Below the pieces are notes generated by a model. The model worked only from the letters and a program-made list of their open reading frames with translations, searched no databases and was not told the origin of the DNA. Positions 19,400-29,997 of a stretch of DNA of 64,000 nucleotides are shown piece by piece. Numbering within the stretch: the first letter of the stretch is position 1; every line of letters begins with the position of its first letter. The DNA comes from Chloroflexota bacterium (lineage in GTDB: Bacteria; Chloroflexota; Dehalococcoidia; JACPEP01): NCBI GenBank assembly GCA_016183425.1, contig JACPEP010000002.1, forward strand, positions 937-64,936, written 5' to 3'. A program made the translations under genes and the position numbers.

Positions 19400-21070
19400 C
19401 TACTTCTCCAGCCAGACCTTCCGGAAGACGGTGATGAACCGAGACGGCAACTGGACGTAGCCCTTGACCTCCTTGCGGTGGGCGTTTCGGGACACCTGGT
19501 ATGTCAACACCGGCTGGTAATAGGCTTTTTCCATCAACAGTTTCTGCAACTGTACGTACACGGCGCGGCGCTCCTCAATATTGATCAGGCTGTCTGCCTT
19601 ATTCCACAGGGCATCCACCTCTTTGGCGATGGGATCGTTGGGGTCCAGGAGACCTGCGGCGTAAGTCCCTCCCTTGGTGCTTTGGGCCCGGCGCATATCC
19701 GGGGCGGGATCGGCATCCCCCGTCCAGCCAATGACGCCGGCATCCACGGCCCCCGATTCGTACTGGGCGCTGGCCGCCGTCCACTCCAACATGGTTATCT
19801 TCATCTTGATGCCCACCTTCTCCAGGATGGGCTGCATCAGCTCCGCCACCTGCACCCAGTCCGGGAAGCTGGGGGAGACCAGCATCGAGAACTCGAAGCC
19901 GTCGGGCTTGCCCCCCTCCTTCAGCTTTTCCTTGGCCTTGGCCAGGTCGTAGGGGTAATTCTTGATCGTCGGGTCATAGGCCCAGGAGTGGGGGCCCAGC
20001 CAGCCGTCCCCAGGAGCCTGCAACCCCAGGTAGATGACCTTAGAGATGGCCTCCCGATCCGTGGCGTAGAGCACCGCCTGGCGCAGGGCGGCGTTGTTGA
20101 AGGGAGCCCGCTTCTGGTTGAAGGTGAGGGTCACGGCGCCGGTGACCGGTTTCACCACCGCTTCCAGGTTGGGATCGGCCTTAATCCGTGCCACGTCCTT
20201 GATATCCACCCAGTTGGCCCAGTGGATCTCCCCCGTTTGCAGCATGGTCACCCGCACCGTGGGGTCCGGGACGATCTTCCACGTGATACCGTCCAGGTAG
20301 GGTATCCCCTTCTCCCAGTAGCCAGAGAACTTCTTAAAGGTCATGTGGTCGTCCATGACGAAATCCACGGTTTGAAAGGGTCCGCTCCCTACCCCATTGG
20401 TGCGCAAGTCCTTTTGCTTCTTCAGTGCCTCGGGGGAGGGCATGTAGCCGGTGGCCACGGCAGCCGCCCGGAGACCGGTGACCTGGTACAAGAAAGAGCC
20501 ACTGGGAGCCTTAGAGGTTAGCTTAATAGTATAGTCATCCACCACCTCTTGAGACTTGAGATTGGCTAGATCGGCGAAGGCCCGGGACTTGGTCTCCGGG
20601 CTCAAGGTGCGCTCATATCTGGTCTTTACCGACTGGGCATTGAAATCCGTGCCGTCGTGGAACTTGACGCCCTTTTTGAGTTTAAGGACCAAGGTGGTGG
20701 CATCGGGGGTCTCCCAGGACTCCGCTAGCTCGGGGATAGATTTCCCCTTCTCGTCCATGGTCGTCAGGGTGTTATACAGGTTTGGGGCGTGGTAGGCGAA
20801 GTCACCGCCACTGGCCAGGTCGGGGTCCAGGTCCACGGTGCGCTCTCTGGCCACGATCAAAGTCCCGCCCGGCCGGGGCACGGCGGCTGTGGTGGCCTGG
20901 GGGGCGGCGGTTTTGCCCGGCGCCGCGGTGGGGGCAGCGGCGGGTGCGGCGCAGCCCAGCAAGGAAATCCCTGCCAGACCCATCCCTATTCGTGACGCCG
21001 ACTTCAACACCTGTCGCCGGCTGAGACGTCTCTTTTCTAAATCATTCCAGTAACTGGATTCGCTAGCCAC
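19400..21070 (-). CDS. Family-5 ABC substrate-binding lipoprotein with Tat signal
   Basis: RRLSRRQVLK plus lipobox LLGC; LAESWE, KFHDGTDFNA, GSGPF. Confidence 0.92.
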   Translation of the reverse strand: MASESSYWNDLEKRRLSRRQVLKSASRIGMGLAGISLLGCAAPAAAPTAAPGKTAAPQATTAAVPRPGGTLIVARERTVDLDPDLASGGDFAYHAPNLYNTLTTMDEKGKSIPELAESWETPDATTLVLKLKKGVKFHDGTDFNAQSVKTRYERTLSPETKSRAFADLANLKSQEVVDDYTIKLTSKAPSGSFLYQVTGLRAAAVATGYMPSPEALKKQKDLRTNGVGSGPFQTVDFVMDDHMTFKKFSGYWEKGIPYLDGITWKIVPDPTVRVTMLQTGEIHWANWVDIKDVARIKADPNLEAVVKPVTGAVTLTFNQKRAPFNNAALRQAVLYATDREAISKVIYLGLQAPGDGWLGPHSWAYDPTIKNYPYDLAKAKEKLKEGGKPDGFEFSMLVSPSFPDWVQVAELMQPILEKVGIKMKITMLEWTAASAQYESGAVDAGVIGWTGDADPAPDMRRAQSTKGGTYAAGLLDPNDPIAKEVDALWNKADSLINIEERRAVYVQLQKLLMEKAYYQPVLTYQVSRNAHRKEVKGYVQLPSRFITVFRKVWLEK

Positions 21071-21122
21071 AGTTTGACCTCCATCTCCTAGTTGCTACCT
21101 CTGGACGAAAAGGGTTTGACTA

Positions 21123-21151
21123 ATTCTAGTGGGGGAAATTACCCTTGTCAA
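21123..21151 (-). promoter_or_regulatory. Sigma70-type promoter for the substrate-binding protein
   Basis: TTGACA-N17-TAGAAT on the minus strand. Confidence 0.65.
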
Positions 21152-21192
21152 GGCTTTTCAAGCCTTAATATCGGGTAATAAAGGGTGCTTTC

Positions 21193-21221
21193 TTGACAGG
21201 TTAGCTCGGGTATGGTAGCAT
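21193..21221 (+). promoter_or_regulatory. Sigma70-type promoter for the thrC-like operon (divergent)
   Basis: TTGACA-N17-TAGCAT with a TGn extended -10. Confidence 0.7.
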
Positions 21222-21297
21222 CACAGCAATCTCTTCTGGGTGGGAAGGGGTTTGGATTGATTAAGATTGATTGACTGAGAAAAGGTTTCGAGTCCAG

Positions 21298-22542
21298 ATG
21301 TCCTATACAAAAGCCCTCCGTTGTCGTGAGTGTGGGCGTGAATACTCTTTAGAGCCTATTCATGTTTGCGAGTTTTGTTTCGGGCCCTTAGAGGTGGTCT
21401 ACGATTATGCTGCCATGGCCGGGGGGGTCACCAGGGAGAATATCATCCTGGGGCCTTACAGCATGTGGCGCTACCGTGACCTGCTGCCGGTGGGGGAGGG
21501 GGAGGTGGTGGACATCAATGCTGGCTTTACTCCCCTCATTCCGGCGAACAACCTGGGGCGTACTCTAGGGCTGAAGAACCTGTATCTGAAAAACGACTGT
21601 GTCAATCCCTCTTACTCTTTCAAAGACCGGGTGGTCTCCGTGGCTGCTACCAAAGCTCGGGAGTTCGGCTTCAAAACCCTGGCCTGTGCCTCTACGGGCA
21701 ACCTGGCATGTGCCGTAGCTGCCCATGGCGCCAAAGCCGGCTTGGAGACCTACGTTTTCATCCCCGCCGACCTGGAGCAGGGCAAAATAGTGGGCGCTGC
21801 TATTTACGGCCCCACTCTGGTGGCGGTTGAGGGCAGCTACGACGAGGTAAACCGTCTGTGCAGCGAGTTGGCGGATCGTTATCCTTGGGCTTTTGTCAAT
21901 ATCAATATTCGCCCTTATTATGCTGAGGGTAGCAAGACCCTGGGCTACGAAGTGGCGGAGCAGCTAGGATGGCGAGCCCCTGATTGGGCCATTGTACCCG
22001 TGGCCTCGGGCTCCATGTTCACCAAGATATATAAGGGGTTCAAGGAACTGGAGCATATCGGCCTTTTGAACAATGGTGTAGATACCCATATGGTGGTGGC
22101 TCAGGCCCGAGGCTGCTCTCCTATTGTCAATGCCTTCGAGCAAGAAACTCTGAATATCCGTCCGGTGAAACCTCATACCATTGCTAAATCTTTGGCCATA
22201 GGCAACCCTGCTGATGGCTACTATGCCCTGAAAACCATCCGGGAATCTCATGGTGCCGCGGTGGCAGTGATGGATCCAGAGGTGGTGGAGGGGATGAAGC
22301 TGCTGGCGGAGACGGAGGGCATCTTCGCCGAGACGGCGGGGGGCGTGGCCATAGCGGCGCTTAAACATTTGGTGGCCGCAGATGCCATCGGCGCTGAAGA
22401 TGTCACCGTGGTCTACGTCACCGGGAGCGGCTTAAAGACCCAAGAGGCGGTGGCTGATGCTCTGGGCCCTCGTCTGGTCATCAAACCCACGGTGCATTCC
22501 TTCGAGGAGGCAGTAAAAGAGGCGGGCAAGGTTGTCCCTTGA
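21298..22542 (+). CDS. thrC: Threonine synthase-like PLP enzyme
   Basis: CRECG, NPSYSFKDR (PLP Lys), CASTGN, PVASG, VTGSGLK; true substrate uncertain. Confidence 0.8.
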   Translation: MSYTKALRCRECGREYSLEPIHVCEFCFGPLEVVYDYAAMAGGVTRENIILGPYSMWRYRDLLPVGEGEVVDINAGFTPLIPANNLGRTLGLKNLYLKNDCVNPSYSFKDRVVSVAATKAREFGFKTLACASTGNLACAVAAHGAKAGLETYVFIPADLEQGKIVGAAIYGPTLVAVEGSYDEVNRLCSELADRYPWAFVNINIRPYYAEGSKTLGYEVAEQLGWRAPDWAIVPVASGSMFTKIYKGFKELEHIGLLNNGVDTHMVVAQARGCSPIVNAFEQETLNIRPVKPHTIAKSLAIGNPADGYYALKTIRESHGAAVAVMDPEVVEGMKLLAETEGIFAETAGGVAIAALKHLVAADAIGAEDVTVVYVTGSGLKTQEAVADALGPRLVIKPTVHSFEEAVKEAGKVVP

Positions 22543-22583
22543 AGGGGAACCTTGTCCTAGGGATATAGACAGCGGAGATTCTG

Positions 22584-22826
22584 ATGGCCAAGCGACGCAT
22601 GAAGTTTACTTTCCCTCCGGAGCTCATCACTCGGCCGGTTATCTATGAGATAGCACAGCGATTCCAGGTAGTAACCAACATCCGTCGCGCCGACGTGGCG
22701 GAGGAGCGGGGATGGGTGGTTCTGGAGTTGGATGGAGCGGCTGAGGATATCGAAAGGGCCGTGGAGTGGGTCATGACCCTCAATGTGCGCGTGGATCCCA
22801 TTGAGGGGGACGTGGTGGAAGGATAG
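22584..22826 (+). CDS. NIL domain protein
   Basis: [30 protein letters not shown]. Confidence 0.85.
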   Translation: MAKRRMKFTFPPELITRPVIYEIAQRFQVVTNIRRADVAEERGWVVLELDGAAEDIERAVEWVMTLNVRVDPIEGDVVEG

Positions 22827-22878
22827 GGCAAGGGGCTGCTCGTCACTAAGTCAACTATGTAAGGCTGGGAGGAATGCG

Positions 22879-23154
22879 TTGGTTGTCAAGGTAAGGATTC
22901 CTACTCCGTTACGCCGATTAACTAACGGGCGGGAAATATTGGAAATAACGGCCGCCGACCTGGGGCAGGGTATAGAGTCTATGGAAACCCAGTTTCCCGG
23001 CCTCAAAGAGCGGCTCTGTGACGAAGAAGGGGAGATCCGGCGCTTCGTCAATATATACGTCAATGGAGAAGACGTCCGCTTTCTTCAAGGGTTAGCCACC
23101 TCCCTGGAAGCCGGGGACGAGGTGAGCATCGTGCCCGCTGTGGCGGGAGGCTGA
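22879..23154 (+). CDS. MoaD/ThiS-family ubiquitin-like sulfur carrier
   Basis: [32 protein letters not shown]-terminus; RBS GGAGG and TTG start. Confidence 0.9.
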   Translation: MVVKVRIPTPLRRLTNGREILEITAADLGQGIESMETQFPGLKERLCDEEGEIRRFVNIYVNGEDVRFLQGLATSLEAGDEVSIVPAVAGG

Positions 23155-25403
23155 GGGTAGGGACTCAGCGCGCTCCCTTTCCACAAGAAATACTTCCGTT
23201 GGGGATAAAGAGCCATGAGCTGGCGGTTCTTAGCTTCCCCCAGGTCCCGGGCGTAGATTACCGCCGAGTCCAGGAGTGGCTCGTTGCTGGAGAAGGCTGA
23301 CCCGTAGCGCCACCACTGCCACTCCGGCTCATGCTCCACGAATATCAGCGCCGGGCCCCGCACTTTGGCCGCCACTGCTTTAAAGATAGCGCCATTCACG
23401 TAGTTGTAGCCCTGGTATATCTTTAGCTGTGTCGGCATATAGAACGCGAGGTTGTTTGTTACGAGCGTCAGCAGAATCAGCCCCGCTGCCCACTGTCCGG
23501 CAAGACGACGCCTCTGCGGTCCTCCAGAGGCGGATAGAGGGATCTGGGAACCAGGCAATAGAGAGGCCCCCCGGGCGGTGAGGAGGAGGAGCATGGGTAG
23601 GGACTCGTAGTAATAGCGGGGGCCGTACATAACGCCATCGGCCCAATAGAAAACATAGCCTGCCATAAGGCTGAGGAAGCTGCCTAGAAGCAGCCTGTCC
23701 CAAAGGTTGGATCGCCCCAGGGCGAAGGGCAGTAAGGCTAGAGCCAGGGTGAGGTAATCGGGCCAGCCGAAGAGGTGGACGAGAAGGCTGGTCAGGTTGC
23801 GCCTAGTATTCACCAGACCTTCGGCGGGGGTGTGGCCACCCCGCATCCCCACATCGTCTCCAAAACCTATCCTGTCGAAAGACCACCAAAGCTCCATGGT
23901 TGATCGGAGCGGGTTCCCGGTGAAGACGTAATTATACGTCAGCCAGAAGGCAACCGGCGCCGCTGCCGAGAGAGCCATCACCAGCCAAGGGCGGAGATTC
24001 TTCTCTTTCAAGATACGATATAGGCCATACAGTATGAAGGGAGGCGAAAGGCCGATGGCCGTCAGGGGACGGGTCATAAAGACCCACCCTATAGCCAGAC
24101 CGGCCACCGCCGGCCACCACCACCGCCCCCCCAGTACCGTTTTGCCAAAGGCGAGGAGAAAGAGGGCGATGAAAAACATGGCGGTAGGGTGGGACATGAA
24201 GGAACCTGACATAAAAATAAAGAGGGGGGAGACCAGCCCCAGAAAGGCGGCCAGAAGCCCTACCTGGGGCCGGTATACCGTCCGACCAACCAGGTAGATA
24301 AGACCCAGGGAGACGCCTCCCAAGACAGGGGCCACCAGCCACGGCGCTCTCAGAAGGACACCCAGCGTCAGAACCAGGGGATGGCCGGGGGGGTATTTGC
24401 TGAACCATTGACCATCTCTATTGATGATGAACTCGTGGGCGAAGAACTCCGGGTAGGGGGGTGATGGCACTGACAATCGCCCCAGGGCCAGGGTTTTGGC
24501 CTGAAAGAGGTAGGCCACTGAGTCCTGGACGTGGGGTATCCTCTCTAAAAGAAAGGTGGCTACCAAAGCGGCTACCACCGTTGCCCCTATGGAGACGAAG
24601 AGCGGGAGCCACTTGATGACGTCAAGGATCAAAGAGCGAGCCCTTGCTGGCAGTCGAATGGGAAACAAGCCTGCCCCGTGTGAGAGGAGAAAGGCTAAGA
24701 AGAAAGCAGCCGCCGCCAGTATGAGGGCATAGAAGTAAGCGGGAAGCAGCTCTCGAAGCACCCCTTTCAATGCCTGGGAAAAGGTGAGCCGAAAGCCGCC
24801 CGCCTTCAGCTCTCGACGCCTCCCTCCATCCAGAAGGTCCCATCCCATATCCTCTTCTTCAGGGCGAAACCAGAAGAGATAACCCCGGGATGGATCTTGA
24901 AGGCGAACGGCGATGCCCGCCCTCTCCTTGCCGCGGGCCAGGCGGCCGACCACCGTATAGTCCCTCTCAGTCTTTCCCCCCAGGGTACGAATAGAGGTGG
25001 TGGCGGGGCGCCATTCCCCAACCAGGTTCGTATCGTCTCCGTTCCATGATGGAGCTGACCAGCTAGTGCCGCCCTCCAGAGGGGTGACGGTTACACTGTG
25101 CCACGCCGAGGAGAGTCCGCTGTTGAAAAGGTCTAGGTTCCGTGTCCAGGCTCCTGGTACCCGGAGGCCAAAGGGCAGAGGCACGTCGGCCGAGGGCGAA
25201 AGCGGCTCCTCCAGGTACAGGCCAGTTTGCCCTTCAGGGAATTGCGAATCCACTGCCGCCACCGAGTAGCCGTTTATAGCAGCGGTGAGGGTATCTCTTT
25301 GGATACGTATGGTTACCACAATGGTGTCCGAAAGGGCCCAAGCATAGAGGGCCAGCAGAATAACCGTAGTGGCGACGGAGGAGATTAAGGCCTTTCGCAT
25401 CAT
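23085..25403 (-). CDS. GT-C (PMT/ArnT-like) membrane glycosyltransferase with N-terminal beta-sandwich domain
   Basis: [22 protein letters not shown], many TM helices, GPRYYYE. Confidence 0.75.
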   Translation of the reverse strand: MMRKALISSVATTVILLALYAWALSDTIVVTIRIQRDTLTAAINGYSVAAVDSQFPEGQTGLYLEEPLSPSADVPLPFGLRVPGAWTRNLDLFNSGLSSAWHSVTVTPLEGGTSWSAPSWNGDDTNLVGEWRPATTSIRTLGGKTERDYTVVGRLARGKERAGIAVRLQDPSRGYLFWFRPEEEDMGWDLLDGGRRRELKAGGFRLTFSQALKGVLRELLPAYFYALILAAAAFFLAFLLSHGAGLFPIRLPARARSLILDVIKWLPLFVSIGATVVAALVATFLLERIPHVQDSVAYLFQAKTLALGRLSVPSPPYPEFFAHEFIINRDGQWFSKYPPGHPLVLTLGVLLRAPWLVAPVLGGVSLGLIYLVGRTVYRPQVGLLAAFLGLVSPLFIFMSGSFMSHPTAMFFIALFLLAFGKTVLGGRWWWPAVAGLAIGWVFMTRPLTAIGLSPPFILYGLYRILKEKNLRPWLVMALSAAAPVAFWLTYNYVFTGNPLRSTMELWWSFDRIGFGDDVGMRGGHTPAEGLVNTRRNLTSLLVHLFGWPDYLTLALALLPFALGRSNLWDRLLLGSFLSLMAGYVFYWADGVMYGPRYYYESLPMLLLLTARGASLLPGSQIPLSASGGPQRRRLAGQWAAGLILLTLVTNNLAFYMPTQLKIYQGYNYVNGAIFKAVAAKVRGPALIFVEHEPEWQWWRYGSAFSSNEPLLDSAVIYARDLGEAKNRQLMALYPQRKYFLWKGSALSPYPQPPATAGTMLTSSPASREVANP

Positions 25404-28318
25404 GGGGGGGGCTGGAGCTTAAAGATAACGTTTCGTGTCCCGTCAGATACATAGAGGATCCCTCGGCTGTCACTGGCCAAACCGATGGGCAAGGAGAAGG
25501 GTGTCCCATCGATGCCCAGCACCGGTGGCAAGGGCTTCCCTTGAGGAGTAAAGCGGAGGAGACGCCCCCGGGTCGGGTCGGTAGCCCATAGATTGCCTTC
25601 GGCATCTATTCGTAGGTAGGGCTTATTGAGAACGGCCTGCCCCTCCCAACCCTCTATAGGAAACTGAAGTATGAAGTTGAAGCTTTTATCGAAACGCTGG
25701 ATGCGGCGATTCCAGGTGTCGGCAACGAATAAGTCCCCCTGTGGGCTTATAGCGATGCCCACCGGCTCGGAGAAGGCCCCCGGTTCAGCGCCAGGACCGC
25801 CGAAGGAGGCGAGGAGGGTGCCATCAGGAGCGAATTTCTGTATGCGTTTGTTGCCGGTATCCGTCACATACAGGTTGCCCTGGGCATCAACAGCAATGTC
25901 TCTGGGGCCATAGAGCTGTCCTGGGGCCTGCCCGTAGCTTCCCCACCCCGTCAGAAGCTCCAGGGAGGGAGAGAACTTCTGTATGCGGTGGTTCCATGTA
26001 TCGGCCACGTAGACATTTCCCTCGTTGTCCACGGCCACTCCCCAGGGTTCGTTGAACTGCTGAGAGCCCTGCTGTCCTACCTGGCCGATGAGCTTACCCT
26101 GAGCATCAAACTTCAGCAAGCGATGGTGGCCGCTATCAGCCACGTATAGGTTCCCCTCTTTGTCTACCGCCACGCCCCGGGGGCCGAGAAGAAGCCCTTC
26201 GGCAGAGAGGGGCTGCCCGGTCAGCCAGAGACCTTCTTGTGATGGTGCTGTCTGGCGGCTGGGAAGGCGGGTAGGAGCAAAATCTTTGGGGAAAAGAGCG
26301 TAGGCATCTACAGAGCCCAGAGGCTTAGATAGCTTGCGATACAGGAAGTAGTCCCACCATCGGCTCCAGTTAGCGGGAGTGGTCAGAGCTTGGTATAGTC
26401 CCTGGGGGGTCAGACTGCGATATGTCTCTTCTGGGAACCACCAGCGCAATCGCAGGCGTAAGGGAGGGCCATACTGATCCAGGTAAGGAGCGATGGCGGA
26501 GTAATTGTTGGCGTGAACCAAAAGCACGTCGGCCTCAGGGGGGCGGTTTGGGCTGGTGAGGGTAGGGTAGCCCACATTTTCCATATCCCGAAGATACCAT
26601 GCCCAGGGCCAAGAGAAGCCATCGGTGGCATCCACGGTTACCTTCAGAGGGCCTTCGGCTTCCCGCTGGCGGGCCAGCTCTTGAATTCGAGCCAGCACCT
26701 GGGTGACGTCGGGGGAGGTCTGGGTGTAGACCAGCATCTCCACCGGGGTGTCCCCGTGGTAGAAGCTGGCCTGAATGGCTGCCCGAAGGCTGAAAAGCCC
26801 AGCTACCGCCATTGTCACCACCCCCACCCAGGCAAGACCGGTTCGCCAGCCCATTTGGTAGGCCAGATAGACAAGGACGCCCAGGATAAAAGTGGAGATG
26901 GCTGCCCAAGCAACGAACGTAGGAACACCACCGCTTTCTCCCAGGAGCCATGGCTTCAAGCTCAAGGGAAAGAGAACCAGGGCCAGGATGAAGAAGCCAT
27001 ATCGGGGCGAAAAAGCTCCCCAGAATATGCAGCTTAGGAGCTCACCAGCCAAGCGGCCCCCCAGAAGGATGAGGGGTAGGGCCAGATGCAGCACCAGCCA
27101 GGGCATCTTTTCTCCTGCTACAGAGTAGAGGAGGAAGGCGAGAGCTACCCAATAGGCGAGAAAAATGCCGAAGCGCTCTCTTTTTATGGTGTAATAGACG
27201 ACGGCCACGGCCGCCAGTGCCAGGGGCAGGAACTCATAGATGGGCAGGAGAACCAGGTAATAGTACCACGGCTGGCCGCCCCGCTGCACCCCGTGCTGAA
27301 CCAGCCAGTAATCCAGGGAGCCCCACACTCCCGTAGCCAGGCCGGTGGGATTAGTAAAGAAGGTGGTGTAGAGAAGGACATAGATGGAGTAGAAGATGAG
27401 GGCGCTGATAAGCCAGCGGCGGCGATCCCACAGGAGACCAATGCCTGAAGAAATAAGGAATATAAGAAGGGTAATACCTCCGGCTGTGGTATATGCAGTA
27501 GAGGAAAGGTTGCCCGGCTCGCCATAGCTGGGCAGGGCGACGCCCAAAGGCTCCAGCACCAGCCGCGTCGCTGCCGAGATCTGAGGCATGGCAAGACTGC
27601 CTACCAGCACAAGGAGCTGAGCGGAAGGGGAGAGGGAGCGGGAGGGGTGGAAGAGCCACTCTATTAACTCTTTGCCGCCTATAATGGCCAGATAGGAGCC
27701 GAAGATGGCCACGGTGATGAAGGTAACCTCTTTGGTGGCGAAGCTCAGGCTGAGGGCGGCTGCCACAAGATAGAGATAACGGCTTCGACCCTCCTCCATA
27801 TACCGCCAAAGGCCTATAATCAGAATCAGGGTCCAGAAGAGGATGTATATGTCGTTCCGTGCGAAGCGGCTGAAGTAGAGGACGGAGGGAGAGAAGGCGA
27901 GAAGGGCGGCGGTGGCCAAAGCACCCCATTTGCCCATGAGAGAGCGCATGAAATAGGGCAGGGCCACGGCGGCGGTGCCCAATAGGGCGGGCGCTACCCG
28001 AGCCGTATAATCGCTGGCCCCCAGGATAAAATAGACCAGGGCGGTGAAGTGGAACTGGAAGGGGCCGTGCATCATAGGATGGTGCTGGTAGCCCCGTCCT
28101 GTGTAGAGATACCAGCTATAGAGGGCATGGAGGCTCTCGTCGTGGTGAAAGGCGCGGGACCCCAGGTCCCAGAAGCGAAGCAGCCCCGCCGCTAGAATCA
28201 GGAGCATGTAGAGCGCTATTTCCCAATTGATGGGAACTAACTCCAGCAGGGGCCGGTCCAGAAGCCTCCCCGAGGGTTGTTGCACTAGATCTCTCCTCAC
28301 TTCACTCTCTGTGATCAC
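25400..28318 (-). CDS. TIGR03663-like GT-C membrane protein fused to an NHL-repeat beta-propeller
   Basis: RFWDLGSRAFHHDESLH, SRFARND, EKMPWL, LVYTQTS; repeated P.GVAVD..GN.YVADT.N.RIQKF. Confidence 0.8.
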   Translation of the reverse strand: MITESEVRRDLVQQPSGRLLDRPLLELVPINWEIALYMLLILAAGLLRFWDLGSRAFHHDESLHALYSWYLYTGRGYQHHPMMHGPFQFHFTALVYFILGASDYTARVAPALLGTAAVALPYFMRSLMGKWGALATAALLAFSPSVLYFSRFARNDIYILFWTLILIIGLWRYMEEGRSRYLYLVAAALSLSFATKEVTFITVAIFGSYLAIIGGKELIEWLFHPSRSLSPSAQLLVLVGSLAMPQISAATRLVLEPLGVALPSYGEPGNLSSTAYTTAGGITLLIFLISSGIGLLWDRRRWLISALIFYSIYVLLYTTFFTNPTGLATGVWGSLDYWLVQHGVQRGGQPWYYYLVLLPIYEFLPLALAAVAVVYYTIKRERFGIFLAYWVALAFLLYSVAGEKMPWLVLHLALPLILLGGRLAGELLSCIFWGAFSPRYGFFILALVLFPLSLKPWLLGESGGVPTFVAWAAISTFILGVLVYLAYQMGWRTGLAWVGVVTMAVAGLFSLRAAIQASFYHGDTPVEMLVYTQTSPDVTQVLARIQELARQREAEGPLKVTVDATDGFSWPWAWYLRDMENVGYPTLTSPNRPPEADVLLVHANNYSAIAPYLDQYGPPLRLRLRWWFPEETYRSLTPQGLYQALTTPANWSRWWDYFLYRKLSKPLGSVDAYALFPKDFAPTRLPSRQTAPSQEGLWLTGQPLSAEGLLLGPRGVAVDKEGNLYVADSGHHRLLKFDAQGKLIGQVGQQGSQQFNEPWGVAVDNEGNVYVADTWNHRIQKFSPSLELLTGWGSYGQAPGQLYGPRDIAVDAQGNLYVTDTGNKRIQKFAPDGTLLASFGGPGAEPGAFSEPVGIAISPQGDLFVADTWNRRIQRFDKSFNFILQFPIEGWEGQAVLNKPYLRIDAEGNLWATDPTRGRLLRFTPQGKPLPPVLGIDGTPFSLPIGLASDSRGILYVSDGTRNVIFKLQPPP

Positions 28319-29997
28319 TAGCGACTTTCCTTCACATATACAGCGAAAAACTTCCTTTGTACCTCTTTCGCCTCTCTAAATATCACCCATCGCCACAGGG
28401 CGCCGATGCCCTTCGCCACTGGCTCCGGGTCTTCTTTGACTACTCCTTGCCATACTAGCTGCCCCTGGGCCTTAAGTCTAGCACCCCCCTGAGGAACGAT
28501 GGCTACAGCGTAATCTTCGTTAGTAGTGATAGAGACCTTAGGCAGCTTTCTCAAATACCAGCCAAAAGGTGCTTCCAGGGCGGGGTCCACAGCCACGCCC
28601 ATGTCCCCGCCTTGGCGGGGCAGAGATAAGAAGTCCAGCCCCTGGTTTACGGCCTGGGGTACATCGGGAGAAGTAGCCGGTGGCCCGAGCCATTCCTGTG
28701 GGGGCGAGACGTAGCTGGCGCTTATCATGCTGTGGAAAGAAAACAACTCCAGTAAGGCAGCCGCTGAAAATAGGATTAAAAGACGATACCGCCCCTTTCT
28801 TGTTGTGAAGGCCTTAAGCATAAGGAGGGCAAGCGTCCCCCATGCCACCACAGCCCAAGGGATGTAGTCGGAGGATACATAACCCCCCGACAGGGAGTTC
28901 AAGAGCAGAAGGTTCAACCCTAACAATGCTGCCCCCGGTCCCAGGAAGAGAAGGCCGAGAATGGCATCCGTCAGTTTAATTTGACATAACATTCTACCTA
29001 GAGACCAAGCGGCCAGTAGGGTCAAGGGCAAAGAGGCGGACAGGATGTACCCCCCAGCCCGGCCACCCCTGAGGGTCAGGAGAAGGAGAGCTCCCGTCGC
29101 CCAGAAAGCCAAGAAAAGGGGGAAACCCTCTTCTCCATTTTTTCGCCAAAGGGCCACTGCCTGAGTGGCTCCCACCAGTCCCAGGAAAAGGGCCAGAGGC
29201 TCATAGGCCGCCAGTTGCAGCCAGGGAAGATATGACTCTCCGCCACCCTTGGAGAAGGCAGCGAGCCACTCTTGCAGGCTGGGGAGGGACAGACCCTGCG
29301 GATAGGTGAGAAAAGCGGTGTGCAGGATAAAGAGGGTACCCAGGAAAAAGAGGCCGGAGGGGAGCCAGCTTGAAAAGTGTCCCTCTCCCCACCCCTTTAA
29401 CGAACCGGTGGCGTAACGGGCAGCCAGGTAGCCCCCGAAGATGATCACCGTGTCAATGGCCTGAGGGCCTGAGCTCAAAAGGAGCGCTCCGGCGATGGTC
29501 ACCATTGGCAGAGACACTTTTTTTGCCCCTTCTGAGTGGTCAAAAAGGAAGACGGCCAGCAGTAAAGTGAGGAGGGCAACGTATATGTCTCCGGAGAGGA
29601 ACCGGGAATAGTAGACCAAGGAGGGTGAAGTGGCGAGAAGAAGGGTCCCCAAGAGAGCAGGCCGGCGCCCTAAGTGGGACCGCATACGCCATGTAAGAGC
29701 GACTAGGGCACCTCCGGCCAAGGCAGAGCCGAGACGGGCGGTATAGTCATTGTCTCCCAGAACAAAGAAGGCACCGGCAGTGGCCAAAGTGGCCAACGGC
29801 TCCTGCCATTGGCGCAGGGGCAGACCAGCGATAAGCTGCCATGCACTCACACCGCGCAGGCTCTCTCCCGCCTCCAGTGGTGGCATACCTCCTGGGTAGA
29901 GACGAAACAACAGTCCCAGCGCTATGATCGCAAGGTAAAGAGCCGTTTCCAGGGTGGGCCCTCTGCCCCTCCCCATTCCCTCACCGTGCCCGTTCAT
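28318..29997 (-). CDS. TIGR03663-like / GT39 membrane protein
   Basis: Paralogous N-terminus (E..R, YTAR, SPSLVYYSRFL), polytopic. Confidence 0.65.
   Translation of the reverse strand: MNGHGEGMGRGRGPTLETALYLAIIALGLLFRLYPGGMPPLEAGESLRGVSAWQLIAGLPLRQWQEPLATLATAGAFFVLGDNDYTARLGSALAGGALVALTWRMRSHLGRRPALLGTLLLATSPSLVYYSRFLSGDIYVALLTLLLAVFLFDHSEGAKKVSLPMVTIAGALLLSSGPQAIDTVIIFGGYLAARYATGSLKGWGEGHFSSWLPSGLFFLGTLFILHTAFLTYPQGLSLPSLQEWLAAFSKGGGESYLPWLQLAAYEPLALFLGLVGATQAVALWRKNGEEGFPLFLAFWATGALLLLTLRGGRAGGYILSASLPLTLLAAWSLGRMLCQIKLTDAILGLLFLGPGAALLGLNLLLLNSLSGGYVSSDYIPWAVVAWGTLALLMLKAFTTRKGRYRLLILFSAAALLELFSFHSMISASYVSPPQEWLGPPATSPDVPQAVNQGLDFLSLPRQGGDMGVAVDPALEAPFGWYLRKLPKVSITTNEDYAVAIVPQGGARLKAQGQLVWQGVVKEDPEPVAKGIGALWRWVIFREAKEVQRKFFAVYVKESR

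Noticed and set aside
21222-21297. SAM or other riboswitch before the thrC-like gene
   Set aside because: Leader is short and lacks recognisable aptamer motifs
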